In this document: piece after piece, positions 40,633-49,698 of the stretch | Position numbering within the stretch: position 1 is the first letter of the stretch | Layout of the letters: each line of letters starts with the position of its first letter | Virus record (IMG/VR): IMGVR_UViG_3300045988_135203 | Location: 1 to 49,698 of that record | Origin: a virus | DNA length: 49,698 bases | Strand: one strand, 5' to 3' | Position numbers and translations under genes: made by a program | Notes under the pieces: generated by a model | What the model was told of the DNA's origin: nothing | Databases searched by the model: none | Seen by the model: the letters and a program-made list of their open reading frames with translations, nothing else

Positions 40633-40882
40633 TAAGTTTATCCTCTAATTTTTCTGGAATCTCTGCGCCAATCTCTTCAAGAATTGATTTTGCGGCTAAG
40701 AATTTTGGATCTACTCCATCGGCAATAGATAAAGCAATATACATTTTACCATCTAAATCAAATGTAAAAAATTCAAGTTCTTCATTATCTCGCATAAACA
40801 TTCTATCTCTTAATCCTTTTGGAAGAGTAATTCTTCCTAATGAGTCTAATCTTCTTCTTGCGTTTTCTGGTCTTAATATCAT
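40616..40882 (-). CDS. AbrB/MazE/SpoVT-type swapped-hairpin DNA-binding regulator
   Basis: N-terminal LGRITLPKGLRDRM matches the AbrB-family looped-hinge motif, with an acidic tail. Confidence 0.6.
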   Translation of the reverse strand: MILRPENARRRLDSLGRITLPKGLRDRMFMRDNEELEFFTFDLDGKMYIALSIADGVDPKFLAAKSILEEIGAEIPEKLEDKLNEKNS

Positions 40883-40894
40883 TATTTTATCTCC

Positions 40895-41128
40895 TTAATT
40901 AAATTTAATATTATCATCATCGCTACCATCCCAATTACTACCCATTAAAATATCTAATATCCATGTAGCAATATTAGAGATGAAAAATGCGGGTGCCGTT
41001 ATTAAAAATATTATGAGTACAATTAACATTTCTACCCAGCCTATTTGATACAGCGAATCCGCAGATTGTATAGCCAAAGATAAAAACATAAGCAACCATA
41101 AAATATAAATAACTATTACTAAAGTCAT
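40895..41128 (-). CDS. Small membrane protein (2 TM helices)
   Basis: 77 aa, hydrophobic, with a promoter at 41167-41195. Confidence 0.5.
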   Translation of the reverse strand: MTLVIVIYILWLLMFLSLAIQSADSLYQIGWVEMLIVLIIFLITAPAFFISNIATWILDILMGSNWDGSDDDNIKFN

Positions 41129-41166
41129 ATTTGTATCCTCTTTATTTTTACCTTTAATTTACTAAT

Positions 41167-41195
41167 ATAATATCAAAAAATTTTAATGTTGTCAA
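41167..41195 (-). promoter_or_regulatory. Leftward promoter of the divergent pair at the early/late junction
   Basis: TTGACA-N17-TATTAT. Confidence 0.5.
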
Positions 41196-41200
41196 AGAAT

Positions 41201-41229
41201 TTGACTTTGTCCAAGATTTGCGATATAAT
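41201..41229 (+). promoter_or_regulatory. Rightward promoter for the structural/packaging module
   Basis: TTGACT-N17-TATAAT, then a GGAGG RBS and the ATG at 41253. Confidence 0.55.
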
Positions 41230-41252
41230 GTTTTTAATACTGGAGGTAAACT

Positions 41253-42311
41253 ATGATTAAATTAGACTATACTATACAAACTCCAGAAGAAAGAAACGAA
41301 TTAGTGAAAAAAATTTTGGAAGAAACTCCTGATCCTAGTGAGAGATATTTAGAAATTTTGGCTGACTACCTCGTTCTTTGTATGGAGAAACAAGAGAAGA
41401 AGCAGAAACAAATTTTAACAGAAAATCGAATGACAACTGTTAATAAGAGAGAAACTTCTTATGAAGGTCTTGTTTCCCAATTAGAAAATGGCGAAGATGG
41501 TATCTATAACCTAATAAATGAAAGTAAAACAACAATATTTCAACCAAAAGTGACAATAACAAAGAAAGATTTAGAAGAAATACCTTATTTGAGACAATTA
41601 CGTGATGCTATCAATAGTTGGGAAATAAAACTTAAAAAAGCGCAGGGGCGCGATGCGTATATAATTAAAAAAGCATTGATCGAAATGCGTAAAGACCAAT
41701 ATGTAATAAAAAATGCTTACCGCAAACCTATTATCTTTAATAAAATTAGTCGTTCTAATTTTGCATCTAGATTGGTTGAAGATTTTACATTAGATGAAAA
41801 TAATTATATTGTTCCTAGTGGGGTTTCTTTATGTGACCCCGCGGTTTGTTCATTAATTCTTTGTAATTATTCACAGCTTAAAGAAGAAAGTTGGGGAAAA
41901 TTTGAAGGTGATTTATGGTACCTTATGGAATCATTTGATAAAGTATCTACAGCCGCTTTAGAAGAGTATCCACTATATGAAGAAATAGTAAAATGTAAAA
42001 TAGATGGATTGCAGAATATAGAAATACAAAAAATACTAAAACAAAAATACGATACTACTCATAGCTTAGAATATATTTCTAGCTTATGGAGAAAAAAGAT
42101 TCCAAATCTTATTGCCTCGAAAGCAGAAGATGTAGAATTAAGTTGGTATTTTTTAAATACCGAAAAAGGCAAATATAAAAGATGTAGTCGATGCGGGAAA
42201 ATTAAACTTGCTCATAATAAATATTTTAGTAAAAATAAAACTAGCAAAGATGGCTGGTATTCTATTTGTAAAGAATGTAGAAATAAAAAAAATAAGGACA
42301 AAAAGAAATAA
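41253..42311 (+). CDS. Hypothetical protein with C-terminal zinc ribbon (first gene of the plus-strand late module)
   Basis: 352 aa with CSRCGK...CKEC, a GGAGG RBS, and a plus promoter TTGACT-N17-TATAAT at 41201-41229. Confidence 0.6.
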   Translation: MIKLDYTIQTPEERNELVKKILEETPDPSERYLEILADYLVLCMEKQEKKQKQILTENRMTTVNKRETSYEGLVSQLENGEDGIYNLINESKTTIFQPKVTITKKDLEEIPYLRQLRDAINSWEIKLKKAQGRDAYIIKKALIEMRKDQYVIKNAYRKPIIFNKISRSNFASRLVEDFTLDENNYIVPSGVSLCDPAVCSLILCNYSQLKEESWGKFEGDLWYLMESFDKVSTAALEEYPLYEEIVKCKIDGLQNIEIQKILKQKYDTTHSLEYISSLWRKKIPNLIASKAEDVELSWYFLNTEKGKYKRCSRCGKIKLAHNKYFSKNKTSKDGWYSICKECRNKKNKDKKK

Positions 42312-42356
42312 TAAAATTCAGACTTTCTTTATCCTTTTATAAAGGAGGTATAATTT

Positions 42357-43565
42357 ATGGCAACAAATACTGATACATTTTTCTGTGATAAATGCCAACG
42401 TACCATGAGAGGAACTGAGTTTTATGGTTCTAATAATTTAGAAAAATATCCAGAAGGTAAGTTGCATCAATGTAAGAAATGTCTTACAATGCATGTAGAT
42501 AATTGGGATTCTAGTACTTATATGTGGATATTAGAAGAGTGCGATGTGCCTTATATTCCAGAGGAATGGAACAAATTATTACAAAAATATGCAAGTGAAG
42601 GTAAAACAATTACTGGAACGACAATTATTGGTCGCTATCTTGCAAAGATGAAATTAAAACAATTTAGAGACTATCGTTTTAAAGATACAGAATTTCTTCA
42701 GCAAATGGCTGACCATAAGATGGAAGAAACTATGAAGCGGCAAGGATATGAGGCTGCGGAAATTGCTAAAGTTATTGAGCAAAGTCATATTTCAGCACCA
42801 GAAAGGCCAACTCCTCCGCCACTCACTATTCCAGATAGCAATAATGCAGGTAACATGCCTTTAGGCGCAGAAGATTATTTTGCAGAACAAAATTCTGATT
42901 ATGATATTGATATTGCGGCAGACCTTACAGATGATGATAAACGTTATTTATTACTTAAATGGGGTAAATCTTATACGCCAGAAGAATGGGTTAAACTTGA
43001 GCAACTTTATAATGAAATGATGCAATCTTATGATATTCAGTCTGCGGGTCATATTGATAACTTAAAACTTTTGTGTAAAACTTCATTAAAGTCTAATCAG
43101 CTTTTGGATATAGGTGATGTAGATGGCGCGCAAAAAATGCTTCGTATGTATGATTCATTAATGAAATCAGGTAAATTTACTGCGGCACAAAATAAAGCCG
43201 AAACTGGTGAATATGTAGATTCTATTTCAGAACTTGTAGCTATTTGTGAAAAAGAAGGATTTATACCTAGATATTATATTGACCAACCAGGAGATAGAGT
43301 AGATGAAACTATTGCAGATTTAAAAGGTTATACTCGCTCACTTGTTGTTGATGAAATGAATCTTGGTAATTTAATTGAAAGTGCTGTTAAGACTATGGCT
43401 CGTGAGGAAGCTAAAGAAGAAGATGAAGACATTGAAGATGAAATTATGAGCCTTGAAGATGTAGACCAATTAAAAGATGAAGATTTTGAAGAATTTAATG
43501 AGTTTGAAGAAGATGAAGAAAAAGCCTCAGAAGAAGCGATGAAAGAATACCTTGAGGAGGGCTAA
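42357..43565 (+). CDS. Zinc-ribbon protein with acidic C-terminus; possible small terminase subunit
   Basis: 402 aa with N-terminal CDKC...CKKC. Its stop overlaps the TerL start. Confidence 0.4.
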   Translation: MATNTDTFFCDKCQRTMRGTEFYGSNNLEKYPEGKLHQCKKCLTMHVDNWDSSTYMWILEECDVPYIPEEWNKLLQKYASEGKTITGTTIIGRYLAKMKLKQFRDYRFKDTEFLQQMADHKMEETMKRQGYEAAEIAKVIEQSHISAPERPTPPPLTIPDSNNAGNMPLGAEDYFAEQNSDYDIDIAADLTDDDKRYLLLKWGKSYTPEEWVKLEQLYNEMMQSYDIQSAGHIDNLKLLCKTSLKSNQLLDIGDVDGAQKMLRMYDSLMKSGKFTAAQNKAETGEYVDSISELVAICEKEGFIPRYYIDQPGDRVDETIADLKGYTRSLVVDEMNLGNLIESAVKTMAREEAKEEDEDIEDEIMSLEDVDQLKDEDFEEFNEFEEDEEKASEEAMKEYLEEG

Positions 43566-43567
43566 TT

Positions 43568-45298
43568 ATGGCATTACAAGATTTATTAGCTCTCTCTCAA
43601 TCCAGAGATAAAATTGGTTTATCTGAGGAACGTGTCAATGCTATTATTCCAGTAGCAAGGCAATATATAAGTTTCTGGAGAGAATATCCAGATATTTTTA
43701 TTGATTTTTTATTGAAAGATCGCAATCCACAAAATTTTAAATTCTTCTTTTATCAAAGAGTATTCTTGCGGATTTGTATGCGACATCAATATGTGTATGC
43801 AGTTTTCCCACGTGCATATTCAAAATCTTTTCTATCTATGATGGTATTAATGTGTCGTTGTGTATTATATCCTGGATGTAAATTATTCGTTACTTCTGGT
43901 GGTAAAGAGCAGGCTGCAGCAATTGTAAAAGAAAAAGTTCAAGAAATTTGTACATTGATACCCGCATTTAAAAATGAAATTGATTGGAATCGTGGTGTAA
44001 CTCTTGAAGGTAAAGATTATTGTAAATATGTGTTTAAAAATGGTTCATATTTTGATAATATTGCAGCTAGAGAAAGTTCGCGTGGTAAACGTCGTCATGG
44101 TGGACTTATAGAAGAGTGTGTAGGTGTTGATGGACAAATTCTTTCAGAAGTTATCATTCCAACGATGAATATTTCTCGAATGTGTATGGATGGTTCTACC
44201 CATCCTGAAGAGCAACTTAATAAAAGTCAAGTTTATATTACAACCGCAGGATATAAGAATACATATCCTTATGACAAACTAATTCAGTTACTGGTATGGC
44301 AAATAGTTAAACCAGAAAAATCAATGATAATGGGTGGTACATATCGTATTCCTGTATTAGTTAAATTGCTTGATAAGAATTTTATTAAAGACCTAAAAAT
44401 GGATGGTACTTTTAATGAAAGTTCTTTTGCTCGTGAATATGAATCTGTTTGGTCTGGTACCATTGAAGATGCTTTCTTTAGTTCTGAAGCATTCGACCGT
44501 AATAGAATTCTTAAACAACCAGAAAAAGAAGCCTCTGGCCGTTCAAGCAAAAATGCTTATTATATATTATCTATGGATGTTGGTCGTAAAGGTTGTGATT
44601 CTGTAGTATGCGTAATTAAAGTAACTCCACGTTCTCAAGACGTGTCTATGAAACAATTAGTTAATATTTATACATTTCATGATGACCATTTTGAAGACCA
44701 AGCTATTAAAGTAAAACGTTTATTTTATAGATATAAAGCCCGCAGATTAGTTATTGATGCTAATGGTATTGGTATTGGACTTATGGATTATTTGGTTAAA
44801 TCTCAAATCGATCCAGATACTAATGAATTTTTTGCGGATTTTGGGGTTTATAATGATGAAGAAAAATTTTATAAGAAGTTTCAAACTGTTGACTGTGAGC
44901 AAGATGCGATATATATGATAAAAGCTAATGCACCTATAAATACAGAAGCGCATGCTAATATGCAATCACAGCTTTCTTCTGGTAAAATTAAATTTCTTGA
45001 AGATGAACGTATAGCAAAAACTAAATTGCTTGGTACTAAAATGGGTCAGACAATGACTCCAGAAAAACGTGCAGAATACTTAAGACCTTTTACATTAACT
45101 TCTATTCTTAAAGAAGAACTTATGAACCTTCGTGAAGAAAATGAAGGAGTTAATATTATCCTTAAACAAGCCAACAGGTCAATTAAAAAAGATAAATTTT
45201 CCGCACTTGAATATGGCTTATATTATATAAAAACAGAAGAAGATTCAAAAAAGAAGAAAAAACGTTTTGTTGCAAGTGAATGGAAATTCTTTAATTAA
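43568..45298 (+). CDS. terL: Terminase large subunit
   Basis: 576 aa. The N-terminal region is ATPase-like (VFPRAYSKSF Walker A-like, GGLIEE) and the C-terminal region is an RNase-H-like nuclease (LSMDVGRKGCDSVVCV, VIDANGIGIGL). It sits immediately upstream of a portal-sized gene. Confidence 0.75.
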   Translation: MALQDLLALSQSRDKIGLSEERVNAIIPVARQYISFWREYPDIFIDFLLKDRNPQNFKFFFYQRVFLRICMRHQYVYAVFPRAYSKSFLSMMVLMCRCVLYPGCKLFVTSGGKEQAAAIVKEKVQEICTLIPAFKNEIDWNRGVTLEGKDYCKYVFKNGSYFDNIAARESSRGKRRHGGLIEECVGVDGQILSEVIIPTMNISRMCMDGSTHPEEQLNKSQVYITTAGYKNTYPYDKLIQLLVWQIVKPEKSMIMGGTYRIPVLVKLLDKNFIKDLKMDGTFNESSFAREYESVWSGTIEDAFFSSEAFDRNRILKQPEKEASGRSSKNAYYILSMDVGRKGCDSVVCVIKVTPRSQDVSMKQLVNIYTFHDDHFEDQAIKVKRLFYRYKARRLVIDANGIGIGLMDYLVKSQIDPDTNEFFADFGVYNDEEKFYKKFQTVDCEQDAIYMIKANAPINTEAHANMQSQLSSGKIKFLEDERIAKTKLLGTKMGQTMTPEKRAEYLRPFTLTSILKEELMNLREENEGVNIILKQANRSIKKDKFSALEYGLYYIKTEEDSKKKKKRFVASEWKFFN

Positions 45299-45326
45299 GA
45301 CAAAAATGTTGGGTAAAATATGTTTA

Positions 45327-45369
45327 TTGCTACTATTAATTTTTCAATAATAGTAGCAATAAAAAGCGA
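45327..45369. repeat. 15-bp inverted repeat between TerL and the homing-endonuclease-like ORF
   Basis: TTATTGCTACTATTA atttttcaa TAATAGTAGCAATAA. Confidence 0.55.
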
Positions 45370-45383
45370 AAGGAGGATAATAG

Positions 45384-45740
45384 ATGCGCGCTTCTAGAGG
45401 AGAAATAAAGATAGAAGAAATATTACAAAATGCAGAATTAAATTTTAAAGAAGAATATATATTCCCAGACCTTAAAAGCTCTAGTGGTAGACCATTACGT
45501 TTTGATTTTGTTGTATTTGATGATGATGGTAAAATTGATTTTCTTATTGAATATCAAGGTAAACAACATTATGAAGCAAGTTCAAAATTTGGTGGAAAAA
45601 GAGGATTATATCAGCAGCAATTTAATGATAATAAAAAACGTAGATTTTGCGCTTTACATGGACTTACTTTAATAGAAATTCCTTATACAGAAGAACATCT
45701 TATATCCTACGATTATATAATGGAAAAAGCTGGATATTAA
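45384..45740 (+). CDS. PD-(D/E)XK (Vsr/DUF559-like) homing-endonuclease-like protein between TerL and portal
   Basis: LRFDFVVFDDDGKIDFLIEYQGKQHY...IEIPY, homologous to the nuclease domain of 37675-38400, with a GGAGG RBS. Confidence 0.6.
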   Translation: MRASRGEIKIEEILQNAELNFKEEYIFPDLKSSSGRPLRFDFVVFDDDGKIDFLIEYQGKQHYEASSKFGGKRGLYQQQFNDNKKRRFCALHGLTLIEIPYTEEHLISYDYIMEKAGY

Positions 45741-45748
45741 GGAGGTAA

Positions 45749-47386
45749 TTGGTCTTGATAGATAGACAAAGACAAGAACAGATTCGCTCCAAAGGCTTTA
45801 GTATAGTAGATACAAGACGTGGAAATGAAGCACCAATAGAGTATGGAAGAATTAAAGTTGGAACTAAGACATTAGATGATGCTACTTTAAATTTAGGTTC
45901 TCTTAAAAAAATTAATCCTACATATGCGGATAAGCGCTGGATTTTAAGAGCTTTAGCAGAAAATAATGTTCCAGTTCTTCGTGAAATTTCTAATTACTTT
46001 TATAGAACTAGTGGCATATATTCTCGAGTATGCAATTATATTGCTACTCTATATAGATATGATTGGTATATTGTACCAGAAGTTTTAGATGATAAGATTA
46101 AAGAAGAAAAAATTTTAAAAGAATTTAATTATCTTTTAGATTATCTTGATAATACTCATATTAAAAAAATGTGCGCGGATATAGCTTTAGCAGTCGTCAA
46201 AGATGGTGCATACTATGGCTATTTGGTAGATGGAACAGATGGTTTGATGCTTCAACAGTTACCTATTAACTATTGTCGTTCTAGATATAATGTTGGCATG
46301 AATCCTGCTGTTGAATTTAATATGAAATTTTTTGATGACCATTTTAGAGATATTAATTATCGTATGAGAGTTCTTAAAATGTTTCCAAAAGAATTTCAAA
46401 AAGGTTATTTACTTTATAAACAAGGTAAATTACCAGTAGATAATATGATGGATCCTTTTGGAACCTGGTACTTACTTGACCCAGAATCAACTGTTAAATT
46501 TAATTTTAATAATAATGATATTCCAATGTTTGTAAATGCTATTCCAAATTTACTTGATTTGGATGCAGCACAGGATTTGGACCGCCGCAAGCAAATGCAA
46601 CAATTATTAAAAATTGTTATTCAAAAACTTCCACTAGATAAAAATGGGGATTTAATTTTTGATGTTGATGAAGCTAGGGATATACATAATAATGCGGTTG
46701 AAATGCTTTGTCGCGCTATTGGTGTAGATGTATTAACTACATTTGCAGATGTTAGTGTAGAAGATATGTCAGATAGTAATACTACCACTACTAAAGATGA
46801 TTTGGAAAAAGTAGAAAGAACATTATTTAATTCTCTTGGTATTTCTCAGAATATTTTTAATACTGATGGTAATTTATCTCTAGAGAAATCTATTTTAAAT
46901 GATGAGGCAACTACTAGAAATATTCTTTTACAATTTCATATATTCTTTGATAGGATTACTCGTGCTAAATGTAGTAATAAAAGAAAATTTGTGTTTAAAT
47001 TTTTTATGCTAGAAACTACTCAATATAATTATCAAACTTTATCTAAAATGTATAAAGAACAGGTACAAATTGGTTATTCTAAAATGTTGCCACAGATTGC
47101 ACTTGGACATTCTCAAAGTTCTATTATCCATACAGCTCATTTTGAAAATGAAGTATTGCATTTGAGTTCTATTATGATTCCACCATTAATGAGTTCTACA
47201 TTAAATGGAGAAGATATTTTGGGCACAAATAAACAAGATAATACAAATAAAAATCAAAATAATACGACAAATAATTCTGGAAAAAATATTAATCAAAAAC
47301 AGTCTAGTGGTGAAGCCGGTAGACCAGAAAAAGATGATAGTCAAAAAAGTGAAAAAACAATTCAGAATCGTGAATCAATGAGCTAG
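45749..47386 (+). CDS. Putative portal protein
   Basis: 545 aa, the gene size and position after TerL typical of portals. The start is uncertain (TTG at 45749 or 45755 after GGAGG). The assignment rests on position only. Confidence 0.45.
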   Translation: MVLIDRQRQEQIRSKGFSIVDTRRGNEAPIEYGRIKVGTKTLDDATLNLGSLKKINPTYADKRWILRALAENNVPVLREISNYFYRTSGIYSRVCNYIATLYRYDWYIVPEVLDDKIKEEKILKEFNYLLDYLDNTHIKKMCADIALAVVKDGAYYGYLVDGTDGLMLQQLPINYCRSRYNVGMNPAVEFNMKFFDDHFRDINYRMRVLKMFPKEFQKGYLLYKQGKLPVDNMMDPFGTWYLLDPESTVKFNFNNNDIPMFVNAIPNLLDLDAAQDLDRRKQMQQLLKIVIQKLPLDKNGDLIFDVDEARDIHNNAVEMLCRAIGVDVLTTFADVSVEDMSDSNTTTTKDDLEKVERTLFNSLGISQNIFNTDGNLSLEKSILNDEATTRNILLQFHIFFDRITRAKCSNKRKFVFKFFMLETTQYNYQTLSKMYKEQVQIGYSKMLPQIALGHSQSSIIHTAHFENEVLHLSSIMIPPLMSSTLNGEDILGTNKQDNTNKNQNNTTNNSGKNINQKQSSGEAGRPEKDDSQKSEKTIQNRESMS

Positions 47387-47396
47387 GGGGATAATA

Positions 47397-48947
47397 ATGC
47401 ATACAAGTGTTCAATTAGAAACACCATGCGAAATTATTAATGTTGTTCCACTTAATCCTCTAATCTCTAAATGCCAGATTAAAGTTTGCTATGTTGGAGA
47501 TGACCCAAACCGCAATAAATCTGTTATTACAAAAGAAGTAGCTAAACAGATGGCTAATTCTTTACCAGGAAGTCCAATTGTAGGTTTTTACAATGAGGCT
47601 TCTGGAGATTTTGAGGAACACAATAGAAGCATTGATATTTCTAATGGGAAAATTGTTGTACGTGATACAACTAGACCTTATGGATTCGTCGACTTGAATG
47701 CTAGAGTTTGGTTTCAAAAATATCTTGATGATGGTAAATATGAAAGAGAATATTTAGTAACTGAAGGATATTTATGGACTGGACAATACCCTGAATGTCA
47801 ACGAATTATTGATAATGGCAATAATCAGTCTATGGAATTAGACAATAATAGTTTAGATGGAACTTGGACAAATTTTAATAATGGAAAACCTAAACTTTTT
47901 ATTATTAATGAGGCAATAGTATCTAAACTATGCATTTTAGGTGAAAATTGTGAACCATGCTTTGAAGGTTCTAATATAACACCTACTCATTTTTCTTTTG
48001 ATAATGGATTTAAACATAAAATTTATTCCATGATGCAAGAATTAAAAGAATTAAAAACTATTATAAATAATAATAAAGGAGGAACACAAGTGTTTACTAA
48101 ATATTCAGTAACAGTTGGCGATAATCTGTGGAATCAACTTTATAGTAATATTGATAATGAGAATTATTCTTTATCCAATGTATTACTTGAAGGTAACCAG
48201 TTATTTGCTGTTCTTCAAAGTCGTTCTGATGATTCTAAATATTCTCGTATGAACTTTAGTTTAAATGAGGGTAAAGTAGAAAATATGTCTGAAGTCGAAG
48301 AGATGGCAGGATTTGTTCCATTAGCTGAAACTCAATTTGCACAAGCTGATGTTGAAGCATTTGAAGCTTCTTTTAAGAAGAAAAAAGAAGAAGACGAGGA
48401 CAAAAATAAACAAACAAAAGACCCTAATTCTGATAAAAATACAGAAGGAAATACTTCAAAATCTGGTAATAATAAAGATGGTGAAGGTGATGGGGATAAT
48501 AAATCAAATCCAGATGATGATGAAGATGAGAAAAAGAAAAAGAAAGGTAAATATAATCTTGAAGAAATTCCAGAATATGTTGAACTTTCTAATAAATATT
48601 CCGCACTTCAAACTGATTATGATTCTCTAAAAACTGAAGTTGAAAGTTTAAGAGCATTTAAACTTTCAAATGAAAGAACTCAGAAGCAAGAGATGATTGA
48701 TAAATTTTATATGTTATCAGATGAGGATAAAAAAGATGTTACAGATAACATTGACAAATATTCTCTTGATGATATTGAAGCTAAACTTTCTGTAATTTGT
48801 GTTCGTAATAAAGTTAACTTTAACTTAGATGATGAACATGAAGATACTCCACCAACTACATTTAATTTTAATGGTGAAGAATTTGATGATGTGTCAACTC
48901 CAGCTTGGGTAAAAGCAGCAATGGAAGTTGAGAAAGAAATGAAATAA
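47397..48947 (+). CDS. Head-morphogenesis protein (possible scaffold or protease-scaffold fusion)
   Basis: 516 aa with a globular N-terminal half and a highly charged, coiled-coil-like C-terminal half (KKKEEDEDKNKQ..., ESLRAFKLSNERTQKQEMIDKF). Confidence 0.35.
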   Translation: MHTSVQLETPCEIINVVPLNPLISKCQIKVCYVGDDPNRNKSVITKEVAKQMANSLPGSPIVGFYNEASGDFEEHNRSIDISNGKIVVRDTTRPYGFVDLNARVWFQKYLDDGKYEREYLVTEGYLWTGQYPECQRIIDNGNNQSMELDNNSLDGTWTNFNNGKPKLFIINEAIVSKLCILGENCEPCFEGSNITPTHFSFDNGFKHKIYSMMQELKELKTIINNNKGGTQVFTKYSVTVGDNLWNQLYSNIDNENYSLSNVLLEGNQLFAVLQSRSDDSKYSRMNFSLNEGKVENMSEVEEMAGFVPLAETQFAQADVEAFEASFKKKKEEDEDKNKQTKDPNSDKNTEGNTSKSGNNKDGEGDGDNKSNPDDDEDEKKKKKGKYNLEEIPEYVELSNKYSALQTDYDSLKTEVESLRAFKLSNERTQKQEMIDKFYMLSDEDKKDVTDNIDKYSLDDIEAKLSVICVRNKVNFNLDDEHEDTPPTTFNFNGEEFDDVSTPAWVKAAMEVEKEMK

Positions 48948-48967
48948 ATTTTTAAGGAGGATATATA

Positions 48968-49698
48968 ATGCTTAGTGATTTCTTAAAGAAAAATATTAAG
49001 AGCCAGGCATCATATGTTGAGTATGGTTATGGACAAGTAGAACCAAATCACCTGTCTGCTCAAAGAACCGCACAGATTTATGCTCAACTACCTGCTGATA
49101 GTAAAATTGATGTTCTTGAGCAAGGTCAGTTTGTTAAATATGATTATGCTTCAGGATTAGTTAATTTCACTGGAAAAGGTGAATGGATGCTTGTATACAA
49201 TGAAACAAAATTATATAGAGAATATCAAATTGATTGCGAATTTGCAATGAGAAAAGACGACTATCAGGCACGTATTTATAGCCCATTTGGATATGGAGTA
49301 GATAAAGCTGGTAATCCAACAGTCAATGGAGATGAAGCTTTTGATAGACAATCTCGTTATTACAATGGTGTAGATTCTGATGGAAATACTTCTACAACTA
49401 TTAATGAAAAGAAATTTAATTATGATGATGTTACAGCAGGTCCAGATATGTATGAACTTCATTACAATGAAGATCCATTCCACATTGTAGGACCTTATAA
49501 AGAAAAGAAAATGCCAGAAGGCACTACAATGGTACCACGTGTGTTTAAAACTAACGTAGGTGACATTTATACTACTAACACTGTTAATGAAACTACACTT
49601 GCGGTTGGAGATGTTCTGACACCTCAGGCTAAGGATGGTATCCTTGCAAAAACTGGTGCTGAAGATGCAGATATGCAATGGCAAGTAGTTAAAGTTTA
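48968..49698 (+). CDS. Structural protein, 5' partial (possibly major capsid or head protein), continues beyond the window
   Basis: AAGGAGG RBS 6 nt before the ATG at 48968, open to the end of the window, with balanced composition. Confidence 0.45.
   Translation, partial: MLSDFLKKNIKSQASYVEYGYGQVEPNHLSAQRTAQIYAQLPADSKIDVLEQGQFVKYDYASGLVNFTGKGEWMLVYNETKLYREYQIDCEFAMRKDDYQARIYSPFGYGVDKAGNPTVNGDEAFDRQSRYYNGVDSDGNTSTTINEKKFNYDDVTAGPDMYELHYNEDPFHIVGPYKEKKMPEGTTMVPRVFKTNVGDIYTTNTVNETTLAVGDVLTPQAKDGILAKTGAEDADMQWQVVKV

Noticed and set aside
49211-49684. Minus-strand 157-aa ORF at the window end
   Set aside because: It is antisense to a well-supported plus-strand structural gene with a strong RBS, and has Cys/Ile/Phe-rich artefactual composition.

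Overview
This window is an AT-rich segment of a tailed dsDNA phage genome, identified from the sequence alone. It has three parts. (1) Positions 1-4350 hold a cluster of seven canonical tRNA genes (Lys, His, Asp, Tyr, Trp, Met and Ile-UAU) plus three degenerate tRNA-like elements, all on the minus strand. (2) About 37 kb of densely packed, mostly small minus-strand genes (793-41128) is interrupted by two plus-strand islands, 18928-19582 and 21668-22354. Recognisable products there are a NUDIX hydrolase, a DEDDh 3'-5' exonuclease, two paralogous HAD-type nucleotidases, a Thg1-like tRNA 3'-5' nucleotidyltransferase, a SLOG/DUF2493 protein, an AbrB-type regulator, an M20/M28/M42-like Zn peptidase fused to a zinc ribbon, a free-standing PD-(D/E)XK homing-endonuclease-like gene, and several duplicated gene families. 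(3) From 41253 to the end a plus-strand structural/packaging module begins behind divergent promoters: zinc-ribbon proteins, a TerL-like large terminase, a second homing-endonuclease-like ORF between TerL and the putative portal, a scaffold-like protein, and a partial structural gene. Nearly every gene carries its own sigma70-consensus promoter, in two families. Class A, in 1-21 kb, is an almost invariant 45-nt module TTGATT-N17-TATAAT. Class B, in 21-37 kb, is a perfect TTGACA-N17-(TGn)TATAAT, often with the -35 hexamer buried in a terminator hairpin. This points to a low-GC Gram-positive-type host and to temporal gene classes. The most unusual feature is a set of about seven ~150-300-bp non-coding cassettes in the early region. 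Each combines TTGTGCAA/TTGCACAAA operator-like repeats, a plus-strand (antisense) consensus promoter, a conserved GC-rich hairpin RNA (UUCGGGCC...GGCCCGCC) and a terminator, and in several cases a face-to-face minus-strand promoter. Three cassettes lie immediately downstream of three paralogous winged-helix genes, and cassette 1 runs into a ~290-nt GC-rich structured ncRNA candidate. Other notable signals are a candidate -1 programmed frameshift on a U_UUU_UUU slippery site, and an iteron/palindrome-rich region flanking the plus-strand gene 21668-22354.
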